64,000 bases of DNA, from positions 1,426,001-1,490,000 of the forward strand of contig CATNEN010000015.1 of the NCBI GenBank assembly GCA_950097015.1, given 5' to 3'. Made by a program: the position numbers and the translations under genes. The notes under the pieces are model-generated. The model was not told the origin of the DNA and searched no databases. It worked only from the letters and a program-made list of their open reading frames with translations. The DNA comes from Macrostomum hystrix. Taxonomy: Eukaryota > Animalia > Platyhelminthes. Every line of letters begins with the position of its first letter. The stretch's first letter is position 1. This document shows, in pieces, positions 47,301-58,781 of this stretch.

Positions 47301-50300
47301 CACAATGATCCCTCCCTTTTCCCCTCACAATGATCTTCCCACCCCCTCACAATGATCTTCCCACCCCCTCACAATGATCTTCCCACCCCCTCACAATGAT
47401 CTTCCCACCCCCTCACAATGATCTTCCCACCCCCTCATAATAATCTTCCCACCCCCTCACAATGATCTTCCTACCCCTCACAATGATCTTCCCATCCCCT
47501 CACAATGATCTTCCTATCCCCTCCGATCTATTGATCTGTGATATATTGTATCCCCAAGTCACCAATGAATTTTTATCCCTCAATAGGAATTTTGGTAAGC
47601 TGTGTCACATGTAGCCACTCTCAGTGCAGTCTATTTTTATCCCATCAGTCCCACTTTGGTGCAGCCTCTCCGCCACCCCCCCTGAATCCCTCGGGGCGGA
47701 CCTGAACACAGCCCAGATGGCGCGTTCGTTATCCGCTTCATCGAATGGCTCCCCAGGCTCGCACGTCGCCCTTAGCTGCTCGTCATCAGCCATCGTCACC
47801 GATGCGTCAAACCCAGGAGCTGCCCTACCCGGATTTAAAAGCCCAACCGACGGTTCAAGAAACCCCAGCAACCTTGTCATTTGTTCAATTAGGCGCCTCA
47901 TCATAGCGGAAACTGCGGAGCTGCTGGGTTCAACTGGGGCTTCGCTCTAGGCCCTGTCTCTATCTAGGGCCTCTTCTAGCTGATTCCCTGTTAGCCAAAC
48001 ACTTTTTTCTGTGTGCTCATCCGTGCTCAAAGCTCGCAGTCTATTTCTCGCGTCTCCTCCCCGCATTGCTCATTTTTGCAGCAGTCAAATTCGTCAAATG
48101 TGGGCGAGAAGCTGTGCAACCCGTTCCACAGGTCCTACGCCAACCTCACCGGAGGAACTCAGCGTGAGTACTGCTTCTGCTGCTGCTGCTGCCGCTGCTG
48201 CTGCTGCTGCTGAATGCAATGCTTAATTTCTCTAGCAGATCCCATTTTGCGGAGATTTTGCGGAGACTGTCACTGACAGATTGATCCCTGAGATAGACTG
48301 GCTGGAACTCAGACACTCGGGACACAGGAAGCATCAGTAGCATCAGTGTTTTTTTACTCTGTTAGAAATCTTTTTTGCAGCTGAATCCGTAATCTGCGAA
48401 GCTGCCGCCGCCGCCGCCGTTGAAGCTGCCGAAGCCGCGGCCGATGACCTGACTGTGGAATTCCTGCACGACTGCAACCGCTGCACAGCCAATGCGGCTA
48501 ACGTAGCTGCCGCTGCTGCCGCCGCAGCTGCCGCCGACGCAGCCAAGGCCAATGCGACAGAGAGCGACAGCAACGGAAACAACGGCGGCTGCTTCCGTCG
48601 TCTGTCCGCCTGCGGCAGCCCTCAGCAGCAAAAGAACAATCACAATGACAATCAACACAATGACTACGAGAAGCCGCAGCCACCGCAGGAGTCAGAACTG
48701 GCCAGCATCGTCTCGCCGCTAACTGTCACTCCGGCTACGAATGTCGCGGTGATCGACGACTCGACAACTGTAGCCGACGACTCGGCCAGCGCGACCATCT
48801 GTCGGCGCAGCGCGGGCGCTGTCACCTTCGAGGAAACCGGCGACGATCCGAACGAAAGCGAAGGCCACGGGCACGGGCATCACGGACACTCTCACTCGCA
48901 CACCACCGTGCGGGCTCTGGCCTGGACTGTCATCATCGGCGACGGCCTGCACAACTTCTGCGACGGCATGGCCCTCGGCGCCGCTTTCGCCGCCGGCGGC
49001 AGCTCCGGCTGGTCAACCGCCGTGGCCGTTTTCTGTCACGAGCTGCCGCACGAACTTGGCGACTTCGCCGTCCTGCTGCAGGCGGGCATGTCGGTGCGGA
49101 TGGCACTGCTGGCAAACCTCGTGTCCAGCCTGGTCTGCCTGCTCGGCATGATCTGCGGTGTCTTGCTGGCCAAGGGCGCCACCAACTGGGTGTTCATGGT
49201 CACCGCCGGCATGTTCCTCTACATTGCCCTGGTTGATATGGTCAGTCAGCACCTGCTTATAAACCTATCAGCCATCCCCGTCTGTTCCGTCATTTCCTAA
49301 CAAACCCCCCTTATCCTGTCAGTCAGCAAATCCATCAACAAACCAACTCCTGTGTTATCCCATCCATCAACAAATCAACTCCTGTGTTATCCCATCCATC
49401 AACAAATCAACTCCTGTGCTATCCCATCGATCAACAAATCAACTCCTGTGTTATCCCATCCATCAACAAATCAACCCCTGTGTTATCCCATCCATCAACA
49501 AATCAACCCCTATGTTATCCCATCCATCAACAAATCAACTCCTGTGTTATCCCATCCATCAACAAATCAACTCCTGTGTTATCCCATCCATCAACAAATC
49601 AACTCCTGTGTTATCCCATCGATCAACAAATCAACTCCTGTGTTATCCCATCCATCAACAAATCAACCCCTGTGTTATCCCATCCATCAACAAATCAACT
49701 CCTGTGTTATCCCATCCATCAACAAATCAACTCCTGTGTTATCCCATCCATCAACAAATCAACTCCTGTGTTATCCCATCCATCAACAAATCAACTCCTG
49801 TGTTATCCCATCGATCAACAAATCAACTCCTGTGTTATCCCATCCATCAACAAATCAACTCCTGTGTTATCCCATCCATCAACAAATCAACTCCTGTGTT
49901 ATCCCATCCATCAACAAATCAACTCCTGTGTTATCCCACCCATCAACAAATCAACTCCTGTGTTATCCCATCGATCAACAAATCAACTCCTGTGTTATCC
50001 CATCCATCAACAAATCAACCCCTGTGTTATCCCACCCATCAACAAATCAACTCCTGTGTTATCCCATCCATCAACAAATCAACTCCTGTGTTATCCCATC
50101 GATCAACAAATCAACTCCTGTGTTATCCCATCCATCAACAAATCAACTCCTGTGTTATCCCATCCATCAACAAATCAACTCCTGTGTTATCCCATCCATC
50201 AACAAATCAACTCCTGTGTTATCCCACCCATCAACAAATCAACTCCTGTGTTATCCCATCGATCAACAAATCAACTCCTGTGTTATCCCATCCATCAACA

Positions 50301-50741
50301 AATCAACTCCTGTGTTATCCCACCCATCAACAAATCAACTCCTGTGTTATCCCATCCATCAACAAATCAACTCCTTTGTTATCCCATCGATCAACAAATC
50401 AACTCCTGTGTTATCCCATCCATCAACAAATCAACTCCTGTGTTATCCCATCCATCAACAAATCAACTCCTGTGTTATCCCACCCATCAACAAATCAACT
50501 CCTGTGTTATCCCATCCATCAACAAATCAACTCCTGTGTTATCCCATCCATCAACAAATCAACTCCTGTGTTATCCCATCCATCAACAAATCAACTCCAG
50601 ATGCCCGAGCTGACAACGGAGAAGTCTACCCGCGGCCCTGGGCCCTGCGTTGTGTTCTTCTGGCAGAACGTGGGCTTCTTCATTGGCGCCGGCATCATGC
50701 TGCTGATTTCACTGTTTGAGCACAAGATCATCCGCTTCTAG
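36302..50741 (+). CDS. LIV-1 subfamily ZIP zinc transporter (ZIP6/ZIP10-like; paralog not resolved); exons 36302-36664, 43778-44131, 46407-46595, 48082-48163, 48381-49240, 50601-50741 (~662 aa)
   Basis: Signal peptide, His-rich N-terminus, CPTLVYLL motif, TM1-2 ALAVGSLSGDAFLHLLPH, His-rich loop GHGHGHHGHSHSH, GDGLHNFCDG, CHELPHELGDFAVLL, GMFLYIALVDM|MPE. Phases are consistent; extra exons inside the 7.1-kb intron 1 cannot be excluded. Confidence 0.92.
37560..38245. repeat. ~30-bp minisatellite (AAACTGACAAGAATCAAAGACACATACCGG)n with a 60-bp dimeric sub-block, ZIP intron 1
   Basis: Visible periodicity; lines 37621-37800 repeat exactly every 60 nt; orphan units at ~38478-38530. Confidence 0.93.
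40533..42060 (-). mobile_element. Tc1/IS630-superfamily DNA transposon with ~138-bp TIRs and a defective transposase, ZIP intron 1
   Basis: TIRs 40533-40670 and 41924-42060 with a TA TSD. Transposase from 41757 has an HTH region, then TI*LDEFGVNLW (in-frame TGA), GQRGQNLT and FLPPYSPFL; an internal deletion shortens the catalytic core. Confidence 0.92.
42727..43690. repeat. 23-bp minisatellite (GTAGTCACTCGGGTAGATGAAGT)n, ~42 copies, ZIP intron 1
   Basis: Periodicity directly visible, with three unit variants (GAAGT/GAAAT/TGAGT). Confidence 0.97.
44150..44335. repeat. (TGTC)n microsatellite with TGTACTGGG interruptions, ZIP intron 2
   Basis: Directly visible. Confidence 0.95.
44972..46335. 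repeat. 25/30-bp minisatellite (GGATGGCTGTCACTTGGACTGGAGT)n, ZIP intron 2
   Basis: Periodicity directly visible. Confidence 0.96.
47320..47522. repeat. 22-bp minisatellite (CCCTCACAATGATCTTCCCACC)n, ~9 copies, ZIP intron 3
   Basis: Periodicity directly visible. Confidence 0.93.
49332..50598. repeat. 32-bp minisatellite (CCATCAACAAATCAACTCCTGTGTTATCCCAT)n, ~39 copies, ZIP last intron
   Basis: Periodicity directly visible; the last unit runs into the acceptor ...AACTCCAG|ATG. Confidence 0.97.
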
Positions 50742-51720
50742 CTGATGAAACAGTTGCAATGCTTTGAGTACAACTGCTCATTCTCTGTGGGACCTAATAT
50801 GTGCATTAGGCATGCTGCTGCTGCTGCTGCTGCTGCTAAATTTCGCTTTCTGAAAACTTCTAATTTTAATTTGTTATAATACCAATCAGCAATACGCTAC
50901 AGTGTTACCTCCGAAAGTCACTGATTTTTTGCTTACGTATATTATGAGACCTAAGAAGCTATTCTCATACATAATTTTCAAGCTGGATATACTTCAGTCT
51001 TGACTTAAGTTTTCTTTCTTTGAACTATTTGTTTAATAATTTTCAAGTATTTGCTAGCAGACACTTTCATTTGTTGCAATTCCTAGCTTTGCTAAAGTCT
51101 TTTGTTTTCTATTTTAAATTCGCGCTGGAAAGTCGTTTAAAACTAAATGAATTTCTCAAAAATGTTAAGACTAAATTTCATTTTTTAATAACCTCCTTGT
51201 GCTTTGTTATACTTTTTCGCGCGGATTTAAAAATCGGAACATTGTTTATCGATTTTGCAGCATTTCGACTGAGCCAGTCACACTTTGAGGGAGGATTTGG
51301 GCACCCCCCGGTTTGCGTGCAAGAATATTTTGTTTTTATTTTACACAACCCGAAACCCATATCCGCTGGCTGCTTTCCGGTACCAGGTGTGCGAGCTCTT
51401 CTGCTGCCGTGCAAACATTTGCCCCATTGTGCGAGCCTTCTGTCTTCTTTGTAAAGCATCCCCAACTGTAACAGCTCCGTGCTCACACTGGCTCTTTGCC
51501 TGCTCTATTTAGCCTTGCTTGCTTTGCATTGAGCGCTGATAAAAATGTCACAGAAAGTGCATTCTCTTCGCTTCTTCATCAGTCCTCTATGCCTCTATGC
51601 CTATATTGTACGCTGACCTTGTGCCACCCGTTTAACACCTGCTGATTCGGACTGTGTTGCCTGTGTTTGCGCGGCTTTGTCAATACTTGTTCTATCTACT
51701 TTAATTTCCTATTTCTTTTT

Positions 51721-52312
51721 CCCATATCCCATATCCCATCTCTCACATCCCATATCCTGTATCCCATCTCTCACATCCCATATCCCGTATCGCATCTCTC
51801 ACATCCCATATCCCTTGTCCAATCTCTCACATCCCATATCCCTTGTCCAATCTCTCACATCCCATATTCCGTATCCCATCTATCACATCCCATATCCCGT
51901 ATCCCATCTATCACATCCCATATCCCGTATCCCATCTATCACATCCCATATCCCGTATCCCATCTCTCACATCCCACATCCCGTATCCCATCTCTCACAT
52001 CCCATTTCCCGTATCCCATCTCTCACATCCCATATTCCATATCACATATCTTGCATCCCATATCCCGTATCCCATCTCTCACATCCCATATCCCGTATCC
52101 CATCTCTCACATCCCATATTCCATATCACATATCTTGCATCCCATATCCCGTATCCCATCTCTCACATCCCATATCCCGTGTCCAATCTCTCACATCCCA
52201 TATCCCGTATCCCATCTCTCACATCCCATATTCCGTATCCTATCTCTCGCATCCCATATTCCGTATCCCATCTCTCACATCCCACATCCCGTATCCCATC
52301 TCCCACATCCCG
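51721..52312. repeat. ~28-bp minisatellite (CATATCCCGTATCCCATCTCTCACATCC)n, ~21 copies
   Basis: Periodicity directly visible. Confidence 0.94.
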
Positions 52313-52589
52313 TAGTATTCTTGTATATTAGTGATAATGGAAGTTCCTTAAAAGGAATTTCAACTCCTGTTTGACCCGCATGTTCTGGCTAATTAAATAG
52401 TTCAATTAGCACAGCCAATCACCAGTTCGGCAATCACTTCCAGTTGCTATGCCGCAATACCTGTTGACTTTCTATTCCCAGCGCAGTGTGTATGATTTAT
52501 CGATTTATCAGCTCTGCATTGCAACCGGTATATAACGGATAACGGTCACAGCTGAAGCTCATAATTTTGTTTTTCCATTTTTCTAACCG

Positions 52590-53290
52590 TTGTGTGACCG
52601 TTACTAACAGTCACATGTGTGACCATACCTAACAATCACACGTGTGACCGTTACTAACAGTCACATGTGTGACCATACCTAACAATCACACGTGTGACCA
52701 TCCCTAACAGGCACATGTGTGACCATCCCTAACAATCACACGTGTGACCATCCCTAACAGTCACATGTGGGACCATCCCTAACAGTCACATGTGTGACCA
52801 TCCCTAACAGGCACATGTGTGACCATCCCTAACAATCACACGTGTGACCATCCCTAACAATCACATGTGTGACCATCCCTAACAGTCACACGTGTGACCA
52901 TCCCTAACAGTCACACGTGTGACCATCCCTAACAGTCACATGTGTGACCATCCCTAACAGTCACATGTGTGACCATCCCTAACAGTCACATGTGTGACCA
53001 TCCCTAACAGTCACATGTGTGACCATCCCTAACAGTCACATGTGTGACCATCCCTAACAGTCACATGTGTGACCATCCCTAACAGTCACATGTGTGACCA
53101 TCCCTAACAGTCACATGTGTGACCATCCCTAACAGTCACATGTGGGACCATCCCTAACAGTCACATGTGTGACCATCCCTAACAGTCACATGTGTGACCA
53201 TCCCTAACAGTCACATGTGTGACCATCCCTAACAGTCACATGTGTGACCATCCCTAACAGTCACATGTGTGACCATCCCTAACAGTCACA
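52590..53290. repeat. 25-bp minisatellite (TCACATGTGTGACCATCCCTAACAG)n, ~28 copies
   Basis: GACCATCCCT recurs every 25 nt. Confidence 0.96.
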
Positions 53291-54018
53291 AAAGTTATTT
53301 TGCATACTTTGTAATCAAAATGGTGACACAAGCACGGCGGTCAGCATGCATGTGATGGTAAAGGGACATGTTTTGTGACCGTTGTCCGTTCTATTCGGCT
53401 AGTTTATTCCACTTATCGGCGAAAAGTTTTTCAGTCAAGTTTATCTCTCTATAATATTCTGTCCTGTTGCTGATTTGCCATGGAAGCCAGTGAGGGCGCC
53501 ACTTTCCATTGTCCAGTGCTTGCTTGTCTGTGTCGGTTTTTTCTCTTCTAATAAGTCTTGTTTTCTTGTGCGCTATTTCTCTCTGTGTTTGTGAGTGATT
53601 TTTTGTGTTTAAATACCTGTCCGTATCTCCTGACTGTATCTAGCCACCCGAATGAGGTGTTTATCTTTCTTATAGTTTTTCTCCGCTCGGTAAGTTCTCT
53701 TGTCGGCTCGCCACAATTTTTGCAAATTGTTCGTCTTTTTGTCCGATAAGTAAATGAGCATCTGGTTTCTCGAGCGTTTATTTTGTGTCCATTTGTTCCG
53801 CTTTTTGTTTTTTTCGACCAAAATTATCGGCTTCTCGTGTGTTCTCTGTTCGTTTCATTGTGTTAATTTTCCTTAGCAATGCTCTCTCGCGAGCCTATTA
53901 GGCCAGATGTACAGCCAGCGCGCTGAGATACGAGCTCGCGACCTGTCTTCGATAATGAGTCGAAAGCTATTAAGCAATGCGCTACAACCTCACCTGACTG
54001 TACCTGACCTGAACCTTA

Positions 54019-54085
54019 TAGCCTAAGGGTGTAGTCCAATGATTTGTGCATCCGAAAGGTCGCGAGTTCGAATCCTACTCCAAGC
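54019..54085 (+). mobile_element. Degenerate tRNA-derived (SINE-head-like) sequence
   Basis: A-box-like TAGCCTAAGGG (54019) and B-box-like AGTTCGAATCC (54065); no valid cloverleaf by eye. Confidence 0.4.
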
Positions 54086-54929
54086 TAGAGAATTTGTAAA
54101 AAGCGTGCCAAAATCAGCCGGGGTTGAAATTTTCGATGGGTGTGGCGGCTACCTCCAGTCCACGGACTGAACAGTTGTACACAGTCTTTGAAAGCGCCAC
54201 GCAGTAGATCCCGCTAGCTGATAATCTGTCCCAACTGGAGGCTAGGAATCATTTTCTATCTGATCTGAAGCTGTTCTGAGCACAACTCTGAATGTCTTGG
54301 CTTGGCATTGCGCAAGTGCGCAAGTCTCTAGGCTTCAAGTCGGTACTGTGTTTCTGGTCGTGGCTATCTGATTTCATCCAGAACTGATGGACGCGATTTG
54401 GCTTTCCTTTCTCAGTCACCTTCGACCAGTGGCCGCACTGGCAGGACTTTCCGTATTGATAGGATAAGAGTATCGATTTCACGCTGGCTGGATGCGGAGT
54501 CGAGCCTCAGTTCAATACTGCTCTGGTGTCCTGTTACTTCTGATGTCTGGTTTGGGAGAGACTTTAGAACTCAGTCAGTCTTGCGTCTTTGATTTCACAT
54601 TGTTGGCCGCTTGATAGTCTACGAGCGTAGTATTTCGAGCTGTGTAAGAAACAACGAGTGAACAAAAACTCCTTATTCTGACAATAATTAATCTGGATTC
54701 ATTGTGCGAAGCAGTTACGCAGAACCGAGTTGCAGTGTCATGTGATCCCTAGAATCGTAGCAGGAAACGTAACAAACGTCGTGGCTCGAATCCGATCCGG
54801 AATAGTTAGCGAGGCATTTCCTGAATCGCAGCTAGAATGCTAGAATGGAATCTAAAACGTAGCAGAAGCCGTAGCCGGAATCGTACCTGCAACCGAAGCT
54901 AGAATCGTGGCTAAAGGCGCAATAAATGA

Positions 54930-55590
54930 CGCGATTTGAATCGCAGCAGGAGATGTATCCAGAATCGCAGCTTGGGACATATCCAGAATCGCAGCAGGAA
55001 ATTTATCCAGAATCGCAGCAGGAGATGCATCCAGAATCGCAGCAGGAGATGTATCCAGAATCGCAGCAGGAGATGCATCCAGAATCGCAGCAGGAGATGT
55101 ATTCAGAATCGCAGCTGGGGACATATCCAGAATCGCAGCAGATGTATCCAGAATCACAGCTTGGGATATATCCAGAATCGCAGCAGGAGATGCATCCAGA
55201 ATCGCAGCAGGAGATGTATTCAGAATCGCAGCTGGGGACATATCCAGAATCGCAGCAGATATATCCAGAATCACAGCTTGGGATATATCCAGAATCGCAG
55301 CAGGAGATGTATCTAGAATCACAGCTTGTGATATATCCAGAATCGCAGCAGGAGATGCATCCAGAATCGCAGCAGGAGATGTATCCAGAATCACAGTAGG
55401 AGATGTATCCAGAATCACATCTTGGGATATATCCAGAATCGCAGCAGGAGATGTATCCAGAATCACAGCTTGGAATATATATCCAGAATCGCAGCAGGAG
55501 ATGTATCCAGAATCACAGCTTGGGATATATCCAGAATCGCAGCAGGAGCCGTATCCAGAATCGCAGCAAAGGCCGTATCCAGAATCGTAG
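54930..55590. repeat. 24/21-bp minisatellite (TATCCAGAATCGCAGCAGGAGATG)n, ~27 copies
   Basis: Periodicity directly visible. Confidence 0.94.
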
Positions 55591-56249
55591 CTGGGACCGA
55601 ACCCTTAGCAACTAGGCCGTTGTTAGCAGTTGATACCGAGTTTGTACTGCTATTCAAGTCTGAGTGCATGGAATTGTGCCTTGGGTATAATTGCATACTT
55701 GTCAGCAGCTGTTATGGCGCCAGTTGGAGCAGATGCAGGCCTGAAACAGAAGCCAGTGTTCAGCAGTCGCTACTTCTTGTGAAGCTGGCTTGGCGTGAGA
55801 AAATTCTCAGCAGGCAGTCGGAGTCTGCTGTTGAAAACAGAACCGTCGGGGGAGGCCGCCTAGTGGATGTCACCTAAAACTGCAGAATGCATGAATTAAG
55901 GGTGCAGCAGTACCGCTTCCAAGCATAAAAGGCCTTACAGCAGCGCTCAATGCTTTCCAATTCAATGTTGGCAGCCGTTGTCCGTTGTCAGACATCGAAA
56001 TTGCGCGCTCGGACTATCGTCAAGTAAAGAATAAAGTAAAAAAACAACCGTCAACACTTGAATTGCGCATCCATATGATTTAAGCAACTACGCCCAGGAA
56101 TGATTTGCGCATTTCTTTCGGACTGCAGAGCTTATTTAATTAAACTTTTATTACCTTCGCATTTCCACTGGACGCAAAAAGACGATCTGTCTTGGCATCT
56201 AATTTCAATCAGCAACTCTTTTGGTCCGCTACATTCCTTGGGGCATTCC

Positions 56250-57285
56250 AGTACTCTCTCCATACCCTCCAGCACTCTCCGTATCCTCCAGCACTCTCTC
56301 CGTAGTATCCTCCAGCACTTTTCATACTCTCCAGCACTCTCCGTACCCTCCATACCCTCCAGCACTCTCCATACCCTCCAGCACTCTCTTGTACCTTCCA
56401 TACCCTCAAGCACTCTCTCCGTATCCTCCAGCACTTTTCATACCCTCCAGCACTCTCTCCGTACCCTCCATGCCCTCCAGCACTCTCTCCGTAACCTCCA
56501 TGCCCTCCAGCACTCTCTCCGTACCCTCCATGCCCTCCAGCACTCTCTCCGTAACCTCCATGCCCTCCAGCACTCTCTCCGTACCCTCCATGCCCTCCAG
56601 CACTCTCTCCGTAACCTCCATGCCCTCCAGCACTCTCTCCGTACCCTCCATACCCTCCAGCACTCTTCATACCCTCCAGCACTCTCTCCGTACCCTCCAT
56701 GCCCTCCAGCACTCTCTCCGTACCCTCCATGCCCTCCAGCACTCTCTCCGTACCCTCCATGCCCTCCAGCACTCTCTCCGTACCCTCCATACCCTCCAGC
56801 ACTCTTCATACCCTCCAGCACTCTCTCTGTATCCTCCAGCACTTTTCATACCCTCCAGCACTCTCTCCGTACCCTCCATGCCCTCCAGCACTCTCTCCGT
56901 ACCCTCCATGCCCTCCAGCACTCTCTCCGTACCCTCCATACCCTCCAGCACTCTTCATACCCTCCAGCACTCTCTCTGTATCCTCCAGCACTTTTCATAC
57001 CCTCCAGCACTCTCTCCGTACCCTCCATGCCCTCCAGCACTCTCTCCGTACCCTCCATGCCCTCCAGCACTCTCTCCGTACCCTCCATACCCTCCAGCAC
57101 TCTTCATACCCTCCAGCACTCTCTCTGTATCCTCCAGCACTTTTCATACCCTCCAGCACTCTCTCCGTACCCTCCATGCCCTCCAGCGCTCTCTCCGTAC
57201 CCTCCATACCCTCCAGCACTCTTCATACCCTCCAGCACTCTCTACGTATCCTCCAGCACTTTTCATACTCTCCAGCACTTTACGT
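56250..57285. repeat. ~30-bp minisatellite (CCCTCCAGCACTCTCTCCGTACCCTCCATG)n with a 149-bp higher-order unit
   Basis: Visible periodicity; identical ORF starts at 56842, 56991 and 57140. Confidence 0.95.
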
Positions 57286-57834
57286 ACCCCCAGGAATGTC
57301 CATTAAAGCTAATAACTAGGAATTCCAAACAACTAAAAATCGAAACAACTATCGATTGGCTAGACACATTGTCAACAATGCCCCCCAATTTCGCAGCGGA
57401 AGCAGCCAAATAATAAGATAAAAAGGCACGAAGACTGGCAAACCTGGCTGGTGTCTGACAAGCTTTTCAATTTCCTCAGCAAAATCCCTGTGCCAAAGCT
57501 TCTCTCTATCCAGCTCATATCCGGGCGGGCAAACGAGTCTGCCAGTTTGCCAAAAAATTCCAATGTAGAACAAATGCAAATGCACACCCAGTGACCTTCC
57601 ACTACCTCTGCTTCGCTTGCTGTGTGAATTTACAATTGCATCAACTAGATACATTGGCACAGGAAGTGCAGCACTTTGCACGATTTAAAAGTCCAGCTCC
57701 GATATTGGCACTTTAATAGTGCATCTTTTCTTGACGAGTTCGATTTAGTTGATCTGATGCCGAATTGAATGTTTAATTATCGTAATTCAACTACTTGCAA
57801 GTAGGTAGAGTAGGGTGTTGAGTAAGCACTGTTA

Positions 57835-57900
57835 GGTTGGCTGGAACTTAGGGACCGCGGTGCGAGAGGCAAACACGTTAACCGCTCTGCCACTGGCTGC
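57835..57900 (-). mobile_element. tRNA-like SINE head remnant
   Basis: The minus strand CAGTGGCAGAGCGGTTAACGTGTTTGCCTCTCGCACCGCGGTCCCT aligns with the plus-strand head at 59101. Confidence 0.55.
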
Positions 57901-58781
57901 ACTAAATACTTCAGGTACTGAATACAAATGGTAGAATGCAGATATCTGTGTCTTTATATATATATATTTATTTATATTCATATGATGCCTAAATAAAGTA
58001 CACAAAAATACAACACTAAAAACGAGCTCACACTTCATTTAATAAATTTATCAGGTTTTGTTCTGTTTAGAGAGATAATCATTGGATAGATGCGGGCTTA
58101 ATTAGACCATCGACCTGGCCGTCAGTTGATGCTGCTACAGCTACACGTAGATGAGAATGGCATTTTAGTCTGCTGCTAGTTAATTTCAGATTCGACACGC
58201 TAAATAAACAAAAAATAAGTAGTTTGCGAGAACAGTTTAAATAATCTGCGATAGAAATACAAATTTGAGTCCATAAGTACTGATGCGAATCACAAGAGCA
58301 GTCCATGTTGTAGACATAATAAGTATGCAATTGTGGAGCGAGCAAATCACAATGGATTCAAAATGTAAAATTCAATCCGCAGAATTTACAAAATTTAATA
58401 TTTCTTGCCGTATGACACGTATTTAAGCATTCGAGGCTGCTGCTACACGAACTAGTGATGTCACGTGGCTGTATAATACCTTCGTTAGTTATGACGTCAC
58501 GATAACGACCTAAAATGACGTCATTTCTTTTTTCTTGCTATCAACAATGCAAGTCACTCGCTTTATCAACTGTCAAAATTTCGATGACGTCACAACTTGC
58601 ACTATTCCCAATGCGTTGAATCCAAGCTCTGTAACATGGATTTGCGTGAGTGTCAAGAGGGGAGAGCAGAAGAAGATAGGAGCCAGGACTGGGAAGCGAT
58701 TGTGGAGGTTCATTTCTGGTGCTGCGAAGTCCCATTGGCTGGCAGCTGCTAATTTGAGCGTCGACTCGCCCTCCGCGGGTC

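Noticed and set aside
49352-50741. 409-455-aa ORFs in all three plus-strand frames
   Set aside because: They are products of a stop-free 32-bp array inside the last ZIP intron; only 50601-50741 is a real exon.
54005-54090. Functional tRNA gene
   Set aside because: A- and B-box-like motifs are present, but the T-stem and acceptor stem do not pair.
57349-57681. Cys/His-containing minus-strand ORFs as a transposase or protease fragment
   Set aside because: No motif could be assigned with confidence; a blastx search would be needed.
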